NCBI GenBank assembly: GCA_040767965.1
Contig: JAXGNR010000007.1
Location: 64,001-128,000 of the forward strand
Length of the DNA: 64,000 nt
Reading direction: 5' to 3'
From: Atribacterota bacterium
GTDB taxonomy: Bacteria; Atribacterota; Phoenicimicrobiia; Phoenicimicrobiales; Stramentimicrobiaceae
How positions within the stretch are numbered: the first letter of the stretch is position 1; each line of letters begins with the position of its first letter. Positions 40,484-50,674 of this stretch are shown here, piece after piece. The translations under genes were made by a program, and so were the position numbers. The notes under the pieces were generated by a model. That model saw only the letters and a list, made by a program, of their open reading frames with translations, searched no databases and was not told the origin of the DNA.

Positions 40484-40512
40484 AGTATATAAAACTAAAT
40501 GTTTTTTGTCAA
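40484..40512 (-). promoter_or_regulatory. Sigma-70 promoter for the riboswitch-gdh transcript
   Basis: TTGACA-N17-TATACT on the minus strand, about 30 nt upstream of the aptamer. Confidence 0.8.
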
Positions 40513-40593
40513 TATTACTTCTTTAACTGCAAAATAGCTTTTTTAGGTTTTTATTTTACACATCATAATAATAATGAATTATTATTGATATTT

Positions 40594-41694
40594 CTAAAAT
40601 AGAAAAACACCATTTTTATAGATCAACTGATTGTCTGCATATATTTCGCCACCATTTTTCATATCAGAAATCAGGTCCCAATGAATGGCAGACAAATTTT
40701 TCCCCCCTGCTTCAGGAAGAGACCTGCCTAAAGCGATATGAACAGTTCCACCTATTTTTTCATCAAAAAGGATATTTTTAGTAAATTTTTGAATGTTATA
40801 ATTAGTTCCAACGGCTATTTCACCAAGAAAACTTGACCCCTCATCTGTAGTTAGTATTTCTTTTAAAAATTCTTCTCCCTTCACCGCAGAAACTTCTACC
40901 ACTTTCCCTTTCTTTAAAGTTAATCTTATATCTTCAACTTCTCTTCCATCATAAATAGCAGGAAAGTTAAAACGAATATTGCCTTCTGCTGAGTCTTCAA
41001 TCGGGCTGGTGAAAACTTCTCCATCAGGAAAATTTTCTTTTCCTGAACAATTTATCCATTTTCTACCTTTGATAGATACCTTTAAGTCAGTACTATGAGA
41101 TATAATTCTAAGTTCTTTTTTTTGGTTAAGAAAATTACAAATACTCTCCTGTTTTCGGTTAATTTCCTGCCAGGCAGTAATTGGATCTATGTCATTTAAA
41201 AGGCAGGCATTGTAAACAAATTCTTCATATTCAGAGAAAGACATATTGGCCTCTTGCGCCACTGCCGGAGTAGGTGAAAGAGTCCCACACCAACGGGCTT
41301 CACCTTTAGCTAAACGCTGAAAAAGTAAATCAATAATTGGTCTTCTCCCCTGTGAATAAGTTTTCATTTTTACAGGCTCAATATTTGCAAAAATCCTGGT
41401 ATTGGAGCTTCCCCAAATAGTTAATATAGTATCTGCAGTTTCATAGCTCTTCTTTAGACTGGCCGGTAAATATTTAATCTGCTCTTCATTTCCAGTTTTT
41501 AATGTTATTTCCTGCAGTTCCTCTTCCAGAAAATGACATTCTGGAAAAGCTTCCATTTTAACAGCTTGCCTGAATATTTCTTTCATTAGTGGATAAGTAG
41601 CTGATTGGCCAAGTATTGTTAATTTATCTCCTCTTTTTAATTCTACTGAATAATTAAGTAAAATATGAGCATGTTTTTCTATAAATTTATCCAT
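40594..41694 (-). CDS. Aminopeptidase, peptidase M29 (AmpS/AmpT) family
   Basis: NFPDGEVFTSP, LGEIAVGTN, LFDEKIGGTVHIALG, SAIHWDL. Confidence 0.93.
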   Translation of the reverse strand: MDKFIEKHAHILLNYSVELKRGDKLTILGQSATYPLMKEIFRQAVKMEAFPECHFLEEELQEITLKTGNEEQIKYLPASLKKSYETADTILTIWGSSNTRIFANIEPVKMKTYSQGRRPIIDLLFQRLAKGEARWCGTLSPTPAVAQEANMSFSEYEEFVYNACLLNDIDPITAWQEINRKQESICNFLNQKKELRIISHSTDLKVSIKGRKWINCSGKENFPDGEVFTSPIEDSAEGNIRFNFPAIYDGREVEDIRLTLKKGKVVEVSAVKGEEFLKEILTTDEGSSFLGEIAVGTNYNIQKFTKNILFDEKIGGTVHIALGRSLPEAGGKNLSAIHWDLISDMKNGGEIYADNQLIYKNGVFLF

Positions 41695-41728
41695 TTTGCC
41701 CCTCTACAGTAAATATTTTTATGGTATT

Positions 41729-42883
41729 TTATATTTTTTTCAACATACCATAAATTTGCTCTGCCCTGGCAGGACAACCGTTAATATTTTCTACTGCATA
41801 GTCCTGCACAATTTTGCATCCACATTGTCCTATACCCACAATGGGAATCCCTTGATTTTTCGCATTTAGCAATTTTTCATTTTCACCTGCCAATAGTTGT
41901 CCCATGGCAATCACGCATTCAGGTGAATATCCTTCACTGGAAAGACGGCGCATAGCAGCTACCATTGCCCCTTTGCAGGAACTGCAAGTACCCTTTTCAA
42001 TAATCTGCATATTGGGTAAATTATATTTGGGTATCCTTGAATTGGATGCATCAATTACCATTTTCTTAATATTTCCTTCAATTGGATTAAGAATTTCAAT
42101 CTCTTCCATATCCGAAGGACCTATTCCTGTTTTACTGGCTATTTCAATATGTTTTACCTCTTTAATGCTATAGCCCAATAGAGAAGCGGAAACCATGTCA
42201 GCGGCTAAAACATTTTCCCCGATTATGATGGTGTCTAGCTGTAGAGGATTTCCTCCAAGCTCCCATTGTAAAGAGCAAATGGTAGCATCAACTATGGTTA
42301 AATCAGGAATAATTAATGTATTTAAATCAACTATACACTGATGTAAATTTAAACGATGAAAGCGATGTTTTTCCTGATCATGAATACATCCTTTAAGGTT
42401 TTTCATCCCAATCGTTACAGTGGTTTCACCGTGAATTTTTAAAATAGGGACATTTATAAAATAATCATACTCAAATATTGGCTGGTATATTTTTACATTT
42501 TTTATCTCTTTGCCCATAGGAATATTCTTATTTACAGTAGGTGTTTTTTTAAAATCAATAATTTTTACTCCATATTTTTGCGCTATTTTATCCATTCCGG
42601 TAACCTGGAAAGCTATCATGGTATTATCACCTGCAGTTGAACTTTCTCCAAGGGCAATTTCAGAGGGGTTAGTTTTTAACACCTGTTTTATTATTTCTTC
42701 AATGACCTGGGGATTAGTTGTTGCACCCGTATCGTTTGTTTTAGCAATCACTAAATTAGGTTTTATTAAAACTTTTTTATTTGGCGGAATAAGATACTTA
42801 ATCCCGCCTAAGTCATCTAATGCAGTTTGAATCATTTCACTTACAGTTTTGTCATGCTGGATAGACACCTTATAGGACTTCAT
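41729..42883 (-). CDS. DUF362 domain protein with C-terminal Cys-rich putative Fe-S domain
   Basis: VLIKPNLV, TTNP, NVPILKIH...TIGMKNLKG; C-terminal CSSC...GQC...GCP. Confidence 0.82.
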   Translation of the reverse strand: MKSYKVSIQHDKTVSEMIQTALDDLGGIKYLIPPNKKVLIKPNLVIAKTNDTGATTNPQVIEEIIKQVLKTNPSEIALGESSTAGDNTMIAFQVTGMDKIAQKYGVKIIDFKKTPTVNKNIPMGKEIKNVKIYQPIFEYDYFINVPILKIHGETTVTIGMKNLKGCIHDQEKHRFHRLNLHQCIVDLNTLIIPDLTIVDATICSLQWELGGNPLQLDTIIIGENVLAADMVSASLLGYSIKEVKHIEIASKTGIGPSDMEEIEILNPIEGNIKKMVIDASNSRIPKYNLPNMQIIEKGTCSSCKGAMVAAMRRLSSEGYSPECVIAMGQLLAGENEKLLNAKNQGIPIVGIGQCGCKIVQDYAVENINGCPARAEQIYGMLKKI

Positions 42884-42940
42884 ATCTAAAATATCTCCTG
42901 TCTCTTTTTTTAAAAAGTATTTTTTAGTATTAATTCATTC

Positions 42941-43675
42941 TTATTTAACCAAAAACTGAGCGTGAACAGTTACTTTAATTTCTTTCTTTCTAGATGATGT
43001 ATTATACATGCCATAGCTTTGCACCTCTGTAGAATATGGTTCAATAATTTGGAAGACTCCAGCCTGAGACCAGATCATTTTTCCGGGCTCATGGCCACTT
43101 TCCTGTAATATCTTTCCTGCTCTTTCCCGAGCATTCTGAGTTGCAAAGGCGAGCAGGTCTTTTTTTAAATTATCTATTTCTGAATAAAAATATTCTAAAG
43201 ATGAAATCTGGAAAAAAATCTCCTGATCTAAAAGCTCATCAGGGTTAAGAGCCATGTTTTCTATTTCTTCTATCTTTGATGAGATGATAAAAAGTGATTG
43301 GTTTAAAGAATAACCAACCACCTCGCCATTTCTATCCCATCTCTTCTGAATGTTAATCGGGTTGATATTTATATCATCTTCTGAAACCCCATTATCTTTT
43401 AAAATATAGATTAAACGATCTCTTTTTTCTTGTATATTACGATAACCTTCTCGTATATTAATCAAATCAGTATTTTCTTCAAAGGTAATATTCCATTTAA
43501 CAATATCAGACTCAAATCCTCTGGTTGCCGCCCCCACAACTTGCACATAATCACGGGTAGCCCTAGACTGATAAAAAAAGTATCCAAAGATAAAAGAGGC
43601 AACTATTATTGAGAGGCCTAAAAGCAAAAAAGGTATTTTAAAATCCCTGTTTGCCAATTCTTCTTTACTGTTCAT
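42941..43675 (-). CDS. SIMPL (DUF541) domain protein
   Basis: N-terminal TM, VQVVGAA...SD...W, ATQNARERA, QAGVFQI, K...VTV. Confidence 0.8.
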   Translation of the reverse strand: MNSKEELANRDFKIPFLLLGLSIIVASFIFGYFFYQSRATRDYVQVVGAATRGFESDIVKWNITFEENTDLINIREGYRNIQEKRDRLIYILKDNGVSEDDININPINIQKRWDRNGEVVGYSLNQSLFIISSKIEEIENMALNPDELLDQEIFFQISSLEYFYSEIDNLKKDLLAFATQNARERAGKILQESGHEPGKMIWSQAGVFQIIEPYSTEVQSYGMYNTSSRKKEIKVTVHAQFLVK

Positions 43676-44241
43676 TATCTTTCTCTCCTTTCGCTGTCTT
43701 TCTTTATGCAGTACTGGAATTTATTTTTAAATTTATCAATTTTAGGCAATACTACAAACTGGCAATAATTATTTGCAGGGTTATTCTGGAAATAATTCAT
43801 ATGATATTCTTCAGCTGGATAGAATTGACCAGAAGGGACAATCTCTGTTACAACAGGCCGGGTCCAGATATTAGAATTTTGTAAATCCTGCTTTGATTTT
43901 TCTGCAATTCTTCTTTGTTCTTCGTTATGATAAAAAATAACTGAACGGTATTGAGAACCTATATCATGCCCCTGTCGATCCAGGGTTGTAGGGTTATGAA
44001 TCTCCCAGAATATTTTTAATATTTCAGCATAAGAAATACTATCAGGATCAAAGGTAATCTGGACTACCTCAGCATGTCCGGTAGTACCCGAACAAACTTG
44101 TTCATAAGTGGGATTATTTAATTTACCTCCCATATAACCTGGGACTACTTCATTCACTCCAATAACTTTTTTATAAATGGCTTCTAAACACCAAAAACAT
44201 CCTCCTGCCAATGTTGCGGTTTCTTTTTTCAGTGTATTCAT
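43675..44241 (-). CDS. msrA: Peptide-methionine (S)-S-oxide reductase
   Basis: AGGCFWC, TGHAEVV, QYRS, FYPAEEYH. Confidence 0.96.
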   Translation of the reverse strand: MNTLKKETATLAGGCFWCLEAIYKKVIGVNEVVPGYMGGKLNNPTYEQVCSGTTGHAEVVQITFDPDSISYAEILKIFWEIHNPTTLDRQGHDIGSQYRSVIFYHNEEQRRIAEKSKQDLQNSNIWTRPVVTEIVPSGQFYPAEEYHMNYFQNNPANNYCQFVVLPKIDKFKNKFQYCIKKDSERRER

Positions 44242-44326
44242 AAAACCTCCTTTGTTGAAAAAATAATCGGGGTTAAATTTTAATTTTAGAATTATTTATC
44301 GATTTTGCCTGCTAAAAATCAGCAGA

Positions 44327-45157
44327 TTATTTTTCTAATTTTGATTTACAATTACACGCCAATAAGTGTTCAATAAAGACAGCCAGGCCATCTTTACTAT
44401 TACTTTCAGTAATAAAGTTAGCAATATTTTTTACCTTTTGAGGGGCATTCCCCATAGCAACACCCAGTCCAGCCAACTGCAGCATTTCTAGATCATTTTC
44501 ATAATCCCCAACTGCAATAATATTCTTTAAAGAAATATTCATAATATCAGCTAATTCAATTAAAGCAGTGCCTTTAGAGATATTCGGAGCAGCAATTTCT
44601 AAAAGGTTAGGATGGCTAAATTGTATGGAAACAGATTCTTTAAAGTATTCTTTTACCATATCTCTTAAAATCAAGACATCTTCATTATTACCCAAAAACG
44701 CAAACTGATAAATTTCTTTTTCTAAATTCTTCAAGATATCTTCAACACAAAACACTTTTGGATTGCCTGGAGAATATTTAACATATTGATGATGCCAAAA
44801 AGTTATTTCTTCAACAAGTAATGAATCTTTCAGGTATAATTGAAAAGTTGTCTTTTTTTTATGGGCAAAATTAATCAATTCCCTTATAATTTCATGTGAT
44901 AAGGGAATTCCTCTGATAACTTTACCATCTGGAGACTGAATGATTGCGCCATGTAACAATATCATAGGTTGAAATATCTTCAGGATATCAGCATAATAAC
45001 GAGCATCAGGGAAAAGCCGACCTGTTGCAAAGGTCGGTTCAATCCCGTGTTCTTTTACTTTTTTTATTGAATTAGTAGTATTGATAGAAATTTTACTATC
45101 ATTGTCCAACAATGTGCCATCAATATCAAGAACGATTAATTTAAACTTCTTCACCAT
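44327..45157 (-). CDS. Cof-type HAD-IIB hydrolase
   Basis: DIDGTLL, ATGR, SKG, GDYENDLEML, AMGNA. Confidence 0.93.
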   Translation of the reverse strand: MVKKFKLIVLDIDGTLLDNDSKISINTTNSIKKVKEHGIEPTFATGRLFPDARYYADILKIFQPMILLHGAIIQSPDGKVIRGIPLSHEIIRELINFAHKKKTTFQLYLKDSLLVEEITFWHHQYVKYSPGNPKVFCVEDILKNLEKEIYQFAFLGNNEDVLILRDMVKEYFKESVSIQFSHPNLLEIAAPNISKGTALIELADIMNISLKNIIAVGDYENDLEMLQLAGLGVAMGNAPQKVKNIANFITESNSKDGLAVFIEHLLACNCKSKLEK

Positions 45158-45170
45158 TTTGTCTCAATTT

Positions 45171-45428
45171 TTACCCTCCGCCTATGGGCGGATACAACTT
45201 AACAGTATCCCCGTCATTGAGCTTTTGATCCAGTTCTTGAAAAGGAACCAGTTTATCATTCAAAAGTAAAGTATTGGTAGCATTTACAGCTTGTTTGTGT
45301 TCAATATGTTTTGTTAAGAATTCTCTTATGGTTGCTGGTTCATTTACCTCTATAACAACTCCGTTTTTATCATCATAGTTCTTAACATTATTTTTCAGAT
45401 TGGAGTATATTAATAATTTTACTTTCAT
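45171..45428 (-). CDS. MoaD/ThiS-family sulfur carrier (beta-grasp) protein
   Basis: 85 aa, C-terminal LNDGDTVKLYPPIGGG. Confidence 0.88.
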   Translation of the reverse strand: MKVKLLIYSNLKNNVKNYDDKNGVVIEVNEPATIREFLTKHIEHKQAVNATNTLLLNDKLVPFQELDQKLNDGDTVKLYPPIGGG

Positions 45429-45486
45429 AAAATAATTCTCCCATACAGTTTTATTTTATTAGATTATACATCAGTAATTCTTTATA

Positions 45487-47040
45487 TTAAGAAAAAACAT
45501 CAGTTATTTCGTTTAATTTTTTATAAATTCCACCTTTGTTTAAATGATAATATATTGCATTGTGCAGCTCAAATAATTCCTGATACTTTTTTGTATTATT
45601 AATATTTGGCTTTTTTCTACTTTCCTGATCGATTTTCACCATTTTCTTTACAGCAAAATTTAAATCAGGGTAAGTATTTACTGCTACCGAAGCTAAAATT
45701 GCTGCGCCTAATGATGAGGCCTCATTACAGATAGTTTTGACAACTTCTTTTCCGTAAATATCTGCTTGTATTTGATTGAATATATTAGAATTAGAAGCAC
45801 CACCACTTATTCTAACTTCGTTAATCTCAGCAGTATTTTTTTCAATTAACAGAATATTTTTTTGTACCTCAAAAGAAATTCCTTCTAAAATAGCTCTGGC
45901 AACTGAAGCCTTGGAATGGCTCAGGGTAAGACCAAACAAAACTCCTCTTGCTTCAGGATTCCAATACGGTGCTGCAGAAGCAGCAAAATGAGGTATTAAC
46001 AGTAAACCATTGGCACCTGGGGGTTCTTTTTCAGCTTCCAAATCTAAAATTTGATAGGCATCCTGGCCGGTTTGTTGCTCAATTTTTAATTCCTCTTTAC
46101 CGAAATTATTCCTGAACCATCGATATATGCCACCAGTGGTAAAAATACCTGCCTCTAAAACCCAGCTTCCTGGAATAGCCGAAGCACTGCAAAGTATTCT
46201 TTTCTTTTTATCTTTTACAAACCTGCTGCTATTGGCAAGAACAAAAGAACCTGATCCGGTATTTACCTCAATCAGGCCTTCTTCTACCACACCTAATCCT
46301 ACTGCAGCACACTGCTGATCTCCTCCGGCTACAATTACCGGTATGCCTTCAATAAGTCCAAAATGTTTTTTTGCCAGTTTATTAGTTTTTCCAACAATAG
46401 TACCAGGTTTTAAAGCCGGGGGTATTTTATGATAATCAATATCAAATTTCTCAATAATAGTTTCATCCCATGAAAAATTTTCAATATTGAAAAACATTGT
46501 TCTGGATGCTTGAGTCCAATCTGTGGCAAATTTCCCGGTCAAATGATAGATAATAAAATCCTGGACCATTAAAAAGCAATATGTTTTTTGGTATATTTCT
46601 GGTTTATTCTTTTTTAGCCAAATTAGTTTTGGCAAAGTAAAATAAGGATCAACCCTGAGTCCGGTCCTGTCGTATATATCATCCTGCCCAAACTTCTCTA
46701 TTATTTCATTACTTTCTGTTATAGCTCTTTTGTCCTGCCATAGAATGGCATTTTCCAGGGCTTGACCATTTTTATCTACAGAAATAAAGGTAGCCCGTTG
46801 GCTGGTTATAGAGATAGCTGCAAGCTGTTCTTGGGGATATTCCCCGGTAGAAATGATTTCCATGACTGTTTTTTGAGCAGCCTGTAGCCAGGTGGAAGGG
46901 TCATGATCAATCCATCTGGCGGAAAGATAGATGCTTTGATATTCCCGGTATGTCTTTTTTAATAATTGACCCTCTTTATTAAAAAGAATAGCCTTGCACC
47001 CGGTTGTTCCAATATCTATGCTTAAAAATATTTTTTCCAT
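45487..47040 (-). CDS. FGGY-family carbohydrate kinase (xylulokinase/glycerol kinase-like)
   Basis: IDIGTTGCK, ITSQR, WQDKR, ASRT, GGDQQ, ARAILEG, SGGA. Confidence 0.92.
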   Translation of the reverse strand: MEKIFLSIDIGTTGCKAILFNKEGQLLKKTYREYQSIYLSARWIDHDPSTWLQAAQKTVMEIISTGEYPQEQLAAISITSQRATFISVDKNGQALENAILWQDKRAITESNEIIEKFGQDDIYDRTGLRVDPYFTLPKLIWLKKNKPEIYQKTYCFLMVQDFIIYHLTGKFATDWTQASRTMFFNIENFSWDETIIEKFDIDYHKIPPALKPGTIVGKTNKLAKKHFGLIEGIPVIVAGGDQQCAAVGLGVVEEGLIEVNTGSGSFVLANSSRFVKDKKKRILCSASAIPGSWVLEAGIFTTGGIYRWFRNNFGKEELKIEQQTGQDAYQILDLEAEKEPPGANGLLLIPHFAASAAPYWNPEARGVLFGLTLSHSKASVARAILEGISFEVQKNILLIEKNTAEINEVRISGGASNSNIFNQIQADIYGKEVVKTICNEASSLGAAILASVAVNTYPDLNFAVKKMVKIDQESRKKPNINNTKKYQELFELHNAIYYHLNKGGIYKKLNEITDVFS

Positions 47041-47148
47041 TTTTATTTTAACCAGAATTTTTATTCCATTAATAGTAAGATTTATTGAATAATTATTTTT
47101 TATTTATATTATTTTAGTATTTAGAGGAGTATTATTATTTATTTTGGT

Positions 47149-48240
47149 TTAAATTACTCCTTCTCTAATTTCTTCCAGCCATTTTAAGGTATCTGTGTTT
47201 TTCAACACTTCCAGGTTGACAATAAATTGAGGATTATTATCATTAAGCAATTTATTAATATCCTCAATTAAAAGATGAGGAGATTTTGTTAAAGCTTCCC
47301 GGGTAGTTCCTGCAATATGGGGAGTTAGTGTAACATTATCGAGAGTGAGCCAACGGCTATTATCTCCAATAGGCTCTTGCCAAAAAACATCAAGAGCAGC
47401 ACCGGCAATTTTTTTATTTTTTAAAGCTTCAAACAAACTGTTTTCATCAATTAATCCAGCCCTGGCAGTATTGATAATGTAGGCAGAATCTTTCATTAAA
47501 GATAGTTCCTTTGTGCCAATCAAATTTTCAGTTTCTCTGCTTAATCTGGCATGTAAAGAAATAAAATCAGATTCTTTCATTAAAGCAGGCAAATCCACTT
47601 GCTTGGCATTATATTTTTTAATAATTTCTTCTGATACAAAAGGATCGTATGTAAGAATGTTCACCTGGAAACCTGTTAATTTTCGAGCTACCAGCTGCCC
47701 TATGTAACCAAAACCGATTAAACCAATTGTTTTCCCTTGTAATTCGGGTATCATTTCAGAGTTAACATATTTTTTTTGCCAGATACCGTCTTTCATTGCC
47801 TTAAAACCACGAGCTATATTTCTAGCTTCAGAAAGCATTAAACCTACAGCAAAATCGGAAACAGCATGAGCATTTCTTCCTTTAATATTATGGACAATTA
47901 TACCTTTTCGGGTAGCAAAATCAACATTGATATTTTCTAAACCTGCCCTACAGGCACCGATTAATTTAAGGTTTGGCAATTCTCTTATAGCATTTTCAGA
48001 CACTGGACAAAACAAAACCAGCAACATCTCTGTATCTTTATTGGCTTTCAATATTTGGGGTACAACTGCTTCTGCTGCAGGCCCTTCTTTTTCAATAATA
48101 AGACGACGGTCCTGGAGTTTGGTCCAGTCAGTTTCCCAATCGTCAACATTAATATTGTTATTCTTAATATTTAAATCTTGTGCAGCTTTAGCAATATCTT
48201 TACCTGGTATCATTACATCACCGATACATAGAATCTCCAT
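47149..48240 (-). CDS. D-isomer-specific 2-hydroxyacid dehydrogenase
   Basis: GLIGFGYIG, SLHARL, INTARAGL, ALDVFWQEP, TPHIAG. Confidence 0.92.
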   Translation of the reverse strand: MEILCIGDVMIPGKDIAKAAQDLNIKNNNINVDDWETDWTKLQDRRLIIEKEGPAAEAVVPQILKANKDTEMLLVLFCPVSENAIRELPNLKLIGACRAGLENINVDFATRKGIIVHNIKGRNAHAVSDFAVGLMLSEARNIARGFKAMKDGIWQKKYVNSEMIPELQGKTIGLIGFGYIGQLVARKLTGFQVNILTYDPFVSEEIIKKYNAKQVDLPALMKESDFISLHARLSRETENLIGTKELSLMKDSAYIINTARAGLIDENSLFEALKNKKIAGAALDVFWQEPIGDNSRWLTLDNVTLTPHIAGTTREALTKSPHLLIEDINKLLNDNNPQFIVNLEVLKNTDTLKWLEEIREGVI

Positions 48241-48295
48241 ATAAAACCTCTTTTATTCTAATAATTATTTTTATAATAATTTATTTAAATAGATA

Positions 48296-50320
48296 TTACT
48301 TTTTACTTATTAATTCTTTTGCCTTGGCAGCTATATTCTCTGCAGTCAGATTAAATACTTTTAATAATTCCCATGGGGCCCCAGATAACCCAAACTCATC
48401 ATTAACTCCTATCATGTCAAACAAGAAAGATGTTTTGTATTCTTTTTCAGTAGCAATCACTCCGGCAACAATGTTTCCAAATCCACCTTTTTGATGTTCT
48501 TCCACAGTTAGCAAAACACTGACTTCCAGAACAGATTTCTTAATCGCATCCCTATCTATTGGTTTTACTGTATGTATATTAATAACTCTGGTTTCTAATC
48601 CATATTCTGTTTTCAGGATATAAGCAGCCCTCATCGCTTCTGGAACCATAGGGCCACAGGCAATAATTGCAATATCTTCATTCTCTGAAATATATTCTGT
48701 ACTAAGAGATGTTTCAAAAGCATCTACAAAATTATCTTTTTCACCTCTAAATCGAATAATATTTGCTATGCCATATTTAAAAGGAGTATTTTCTCTGGAA
48801 ATAACAGGCGTAGCTTCTCTGGCGTATCGTATCACCACAGGACCATTTATTTTGGTACTTTGCTTTGTTGCTTTTTCAGTCTCCATAGAATCACTGGGTA
48901 CAAAAATATGCATATTAGGCAAATAATACATATTACTTATCTCTTCTAATGCTTGATGGGTTGCCCCGTCTGGTCCAACAGACAAACCACCATGGGCACT
49001 GGCAATTTTTACATTGTAATTGTTGTAGCATACGGTCGTTCTGATTTGATCCCAGTTTCTGCCAGTGACAAAAACTCCATATGACCCAATAAAAGCAGAT
49101 TTTCCTTCTTTGGCCATTCCAGCAGCTGCTAAGGTCATATTCTGTTCAGCTACTCCCATTTGGAAAAAACGATTTAATCTCTCCGGATGATTTTTAAAAA
49201 ATTGATCCATTTTTATAGAGCTGGTAATATCAGCACCAAAAGCAACAACTTTTTCAGATGATCCTAAATCTTCAAGGGCATTACCAAAACCGCTTCTAGT
49301 AGGAACCATTTTGACTTTCATTTTTTCTCCACTATTCCACCAATAATCTTTGCTGAACTTTGGAACTATTTCCTCTACTTTTTTATCTACTTCTGCCTGA
49401 TAATCGCAAGCCTTTTTATATAAACTATTAACTTTTATTTCATTAAATTCAGTAGATTTAATATCACTTAACGCTTTTTCCAGAGATTCATCACCCACCA
49501 GACCATCCTTTGGGCATATACCATGATATTCAACAACATTTTCAGCAAAAGATACATCTTTGCCTTTAACAGTGTGGGCAATAATAACTGTTGGCTTTCC
49601 CTGGATCTGGTTGGACTTACCCAGAGCATCCAGTATTTCCTGCATATCATGCCCGTCTATTTCCAAAACATGCCACCCAAAGGCTTTCCATTTTTCAGGT
49701 AAATTCTCTAATCGCATAATTTTTTCAGTTGGTCCATCAATTTGTAAGTTATTCCTGTCAACTATGGCAATTAGATTATCAAGATTATAATGAGCTGCTG
49801 ACATTATGGCTTCCCAAACTGATCCCTCGTTAAGCTCTCCGTCTCCTAAAATACAATAAGTTTTGTAGCTTTTATTTTCTAGTTTTGCATTCAAGGCACA
49901 GCCAACTGCAACTCCCAAACCCTGTCCCAAAGATCCGCTAGACAGTTCAACACCGGGAACTTTTAAACGGTTTGGATGGCCTTCAAATCCAGACCACAAT
50001 TTTCTCAATTTTACTATTTCTTCAGGTGGATAATATCCTGCTACCCCTAAAACAGAATAGATAGCAGGAGCTTTATGGCCAGCAGACCAGAAAACGCGAT
50101 CACGTTCTTCCCATTCCGGATTTTTTGGATCATGTTTAATGTGTTTTAAATATAAGGCAGCATTGACATCCATTATTGATAGACTTCCTCCGGTATGCCC
50201 GGAGCCAGCGGCTGTTATTGCTATCATACAGTAAGATCTTATTTCTTTTGCTTTTTCTGTTAGTTCAGATAAGGAATAATCTTTTTCAATTTTTCCTGTT
50301 TTTGAATTGATAATTGGCAT
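48296..50320 (-). CDS. Transketolase (N- and C-terminal halves of the split/archaeal type fused in one ORF)
   Basis: SGHTGGSLS, SAGHKAP, GSLGQGL, GDGELNEG, GVAEQN, GPDGATHQ, VEEH. Confidence 0.9.
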   Translation of the reverse strand: MPIINSKTGKIEKDYSLSELTEKAKEIRSYCMIAITAAGSGHTGGSLSIMDVNAALYLKHIKHDPKNPEWEERDRVFWSAGHKAPAIYSVLGVAGYYPPEEIVKLRKLWSGFEGHPNRLKVPGVELSSGSLGQGLGVAVGCALNAKLENKSYKTYCILGDGELNEGSVWEAIMSAAHYNLDNLIAIVDRNNLQIDGPTEKIMRLENLPEKWKAFGWHVLEIDGHDMQEILDALGKSNQIQGKPTVIIAHTVKGKDVSFAENVVEYHGICPKDGLVGDESLEKALSDIKSTEFNEIKVNSLYKKACDYQAEVDKKVEEIVPKFSKDYWWNSGEKMKVKMVPTRSGFGNALEDLGSSEKVVAFGADITSSIKMDQFFKNHPERLNRFFQMGVAEQNMTLAAAGMAKEGKSAFIGSYGVFVTGRNWDQIRTTVCYNNYNVKIASAHGGLSVGPDGATHQALEEISNMYYLPNMHIFVPSDSMETEKATKQSTKINGPVVIRYAREATPVISRENTPFKYGIANIIRFRGEKDNFVDAFETSLSTEYISENEDIAIIACGPMVPEAMRAAYILKTEYGLETRVINIHTVKPIDRDAIKKSVLEVSVLLTVEEHQKGGFGNIVAGVIATEKEYKTSFLFDMIGVNDEFGLSGAPWELLKVFNLTAENIAAKAKELISKK

Positions 50321-50674
50321 GATTTCTCCCTCATTTCTTTACAATTATTTATACTTACTATTTTTATTAAACTTTATCAGCTGTAAGATATAATCTTTTT
50401 CTCAATAATTTGTAATCTTTTCATGACACCAGTTTTTTATTGATACCAAACAGCTATTTTCATTATGTTAATTTAAATGAGCAGATTAAATTTATTATAT
50501 TTATTATAAACAGAATATTTTATACTTATTTTTTTGCAATAGTGTTATTTTAAATATCTTCAGGTATTATTTGCTCATTATAATAATAGCATAGCTTGAA
50601 CATTTTAAGCAATAAATATAATATTCTGTTTTATTTTAATATACTGTCTTTTAATTTAAATTTGATAAAATATT

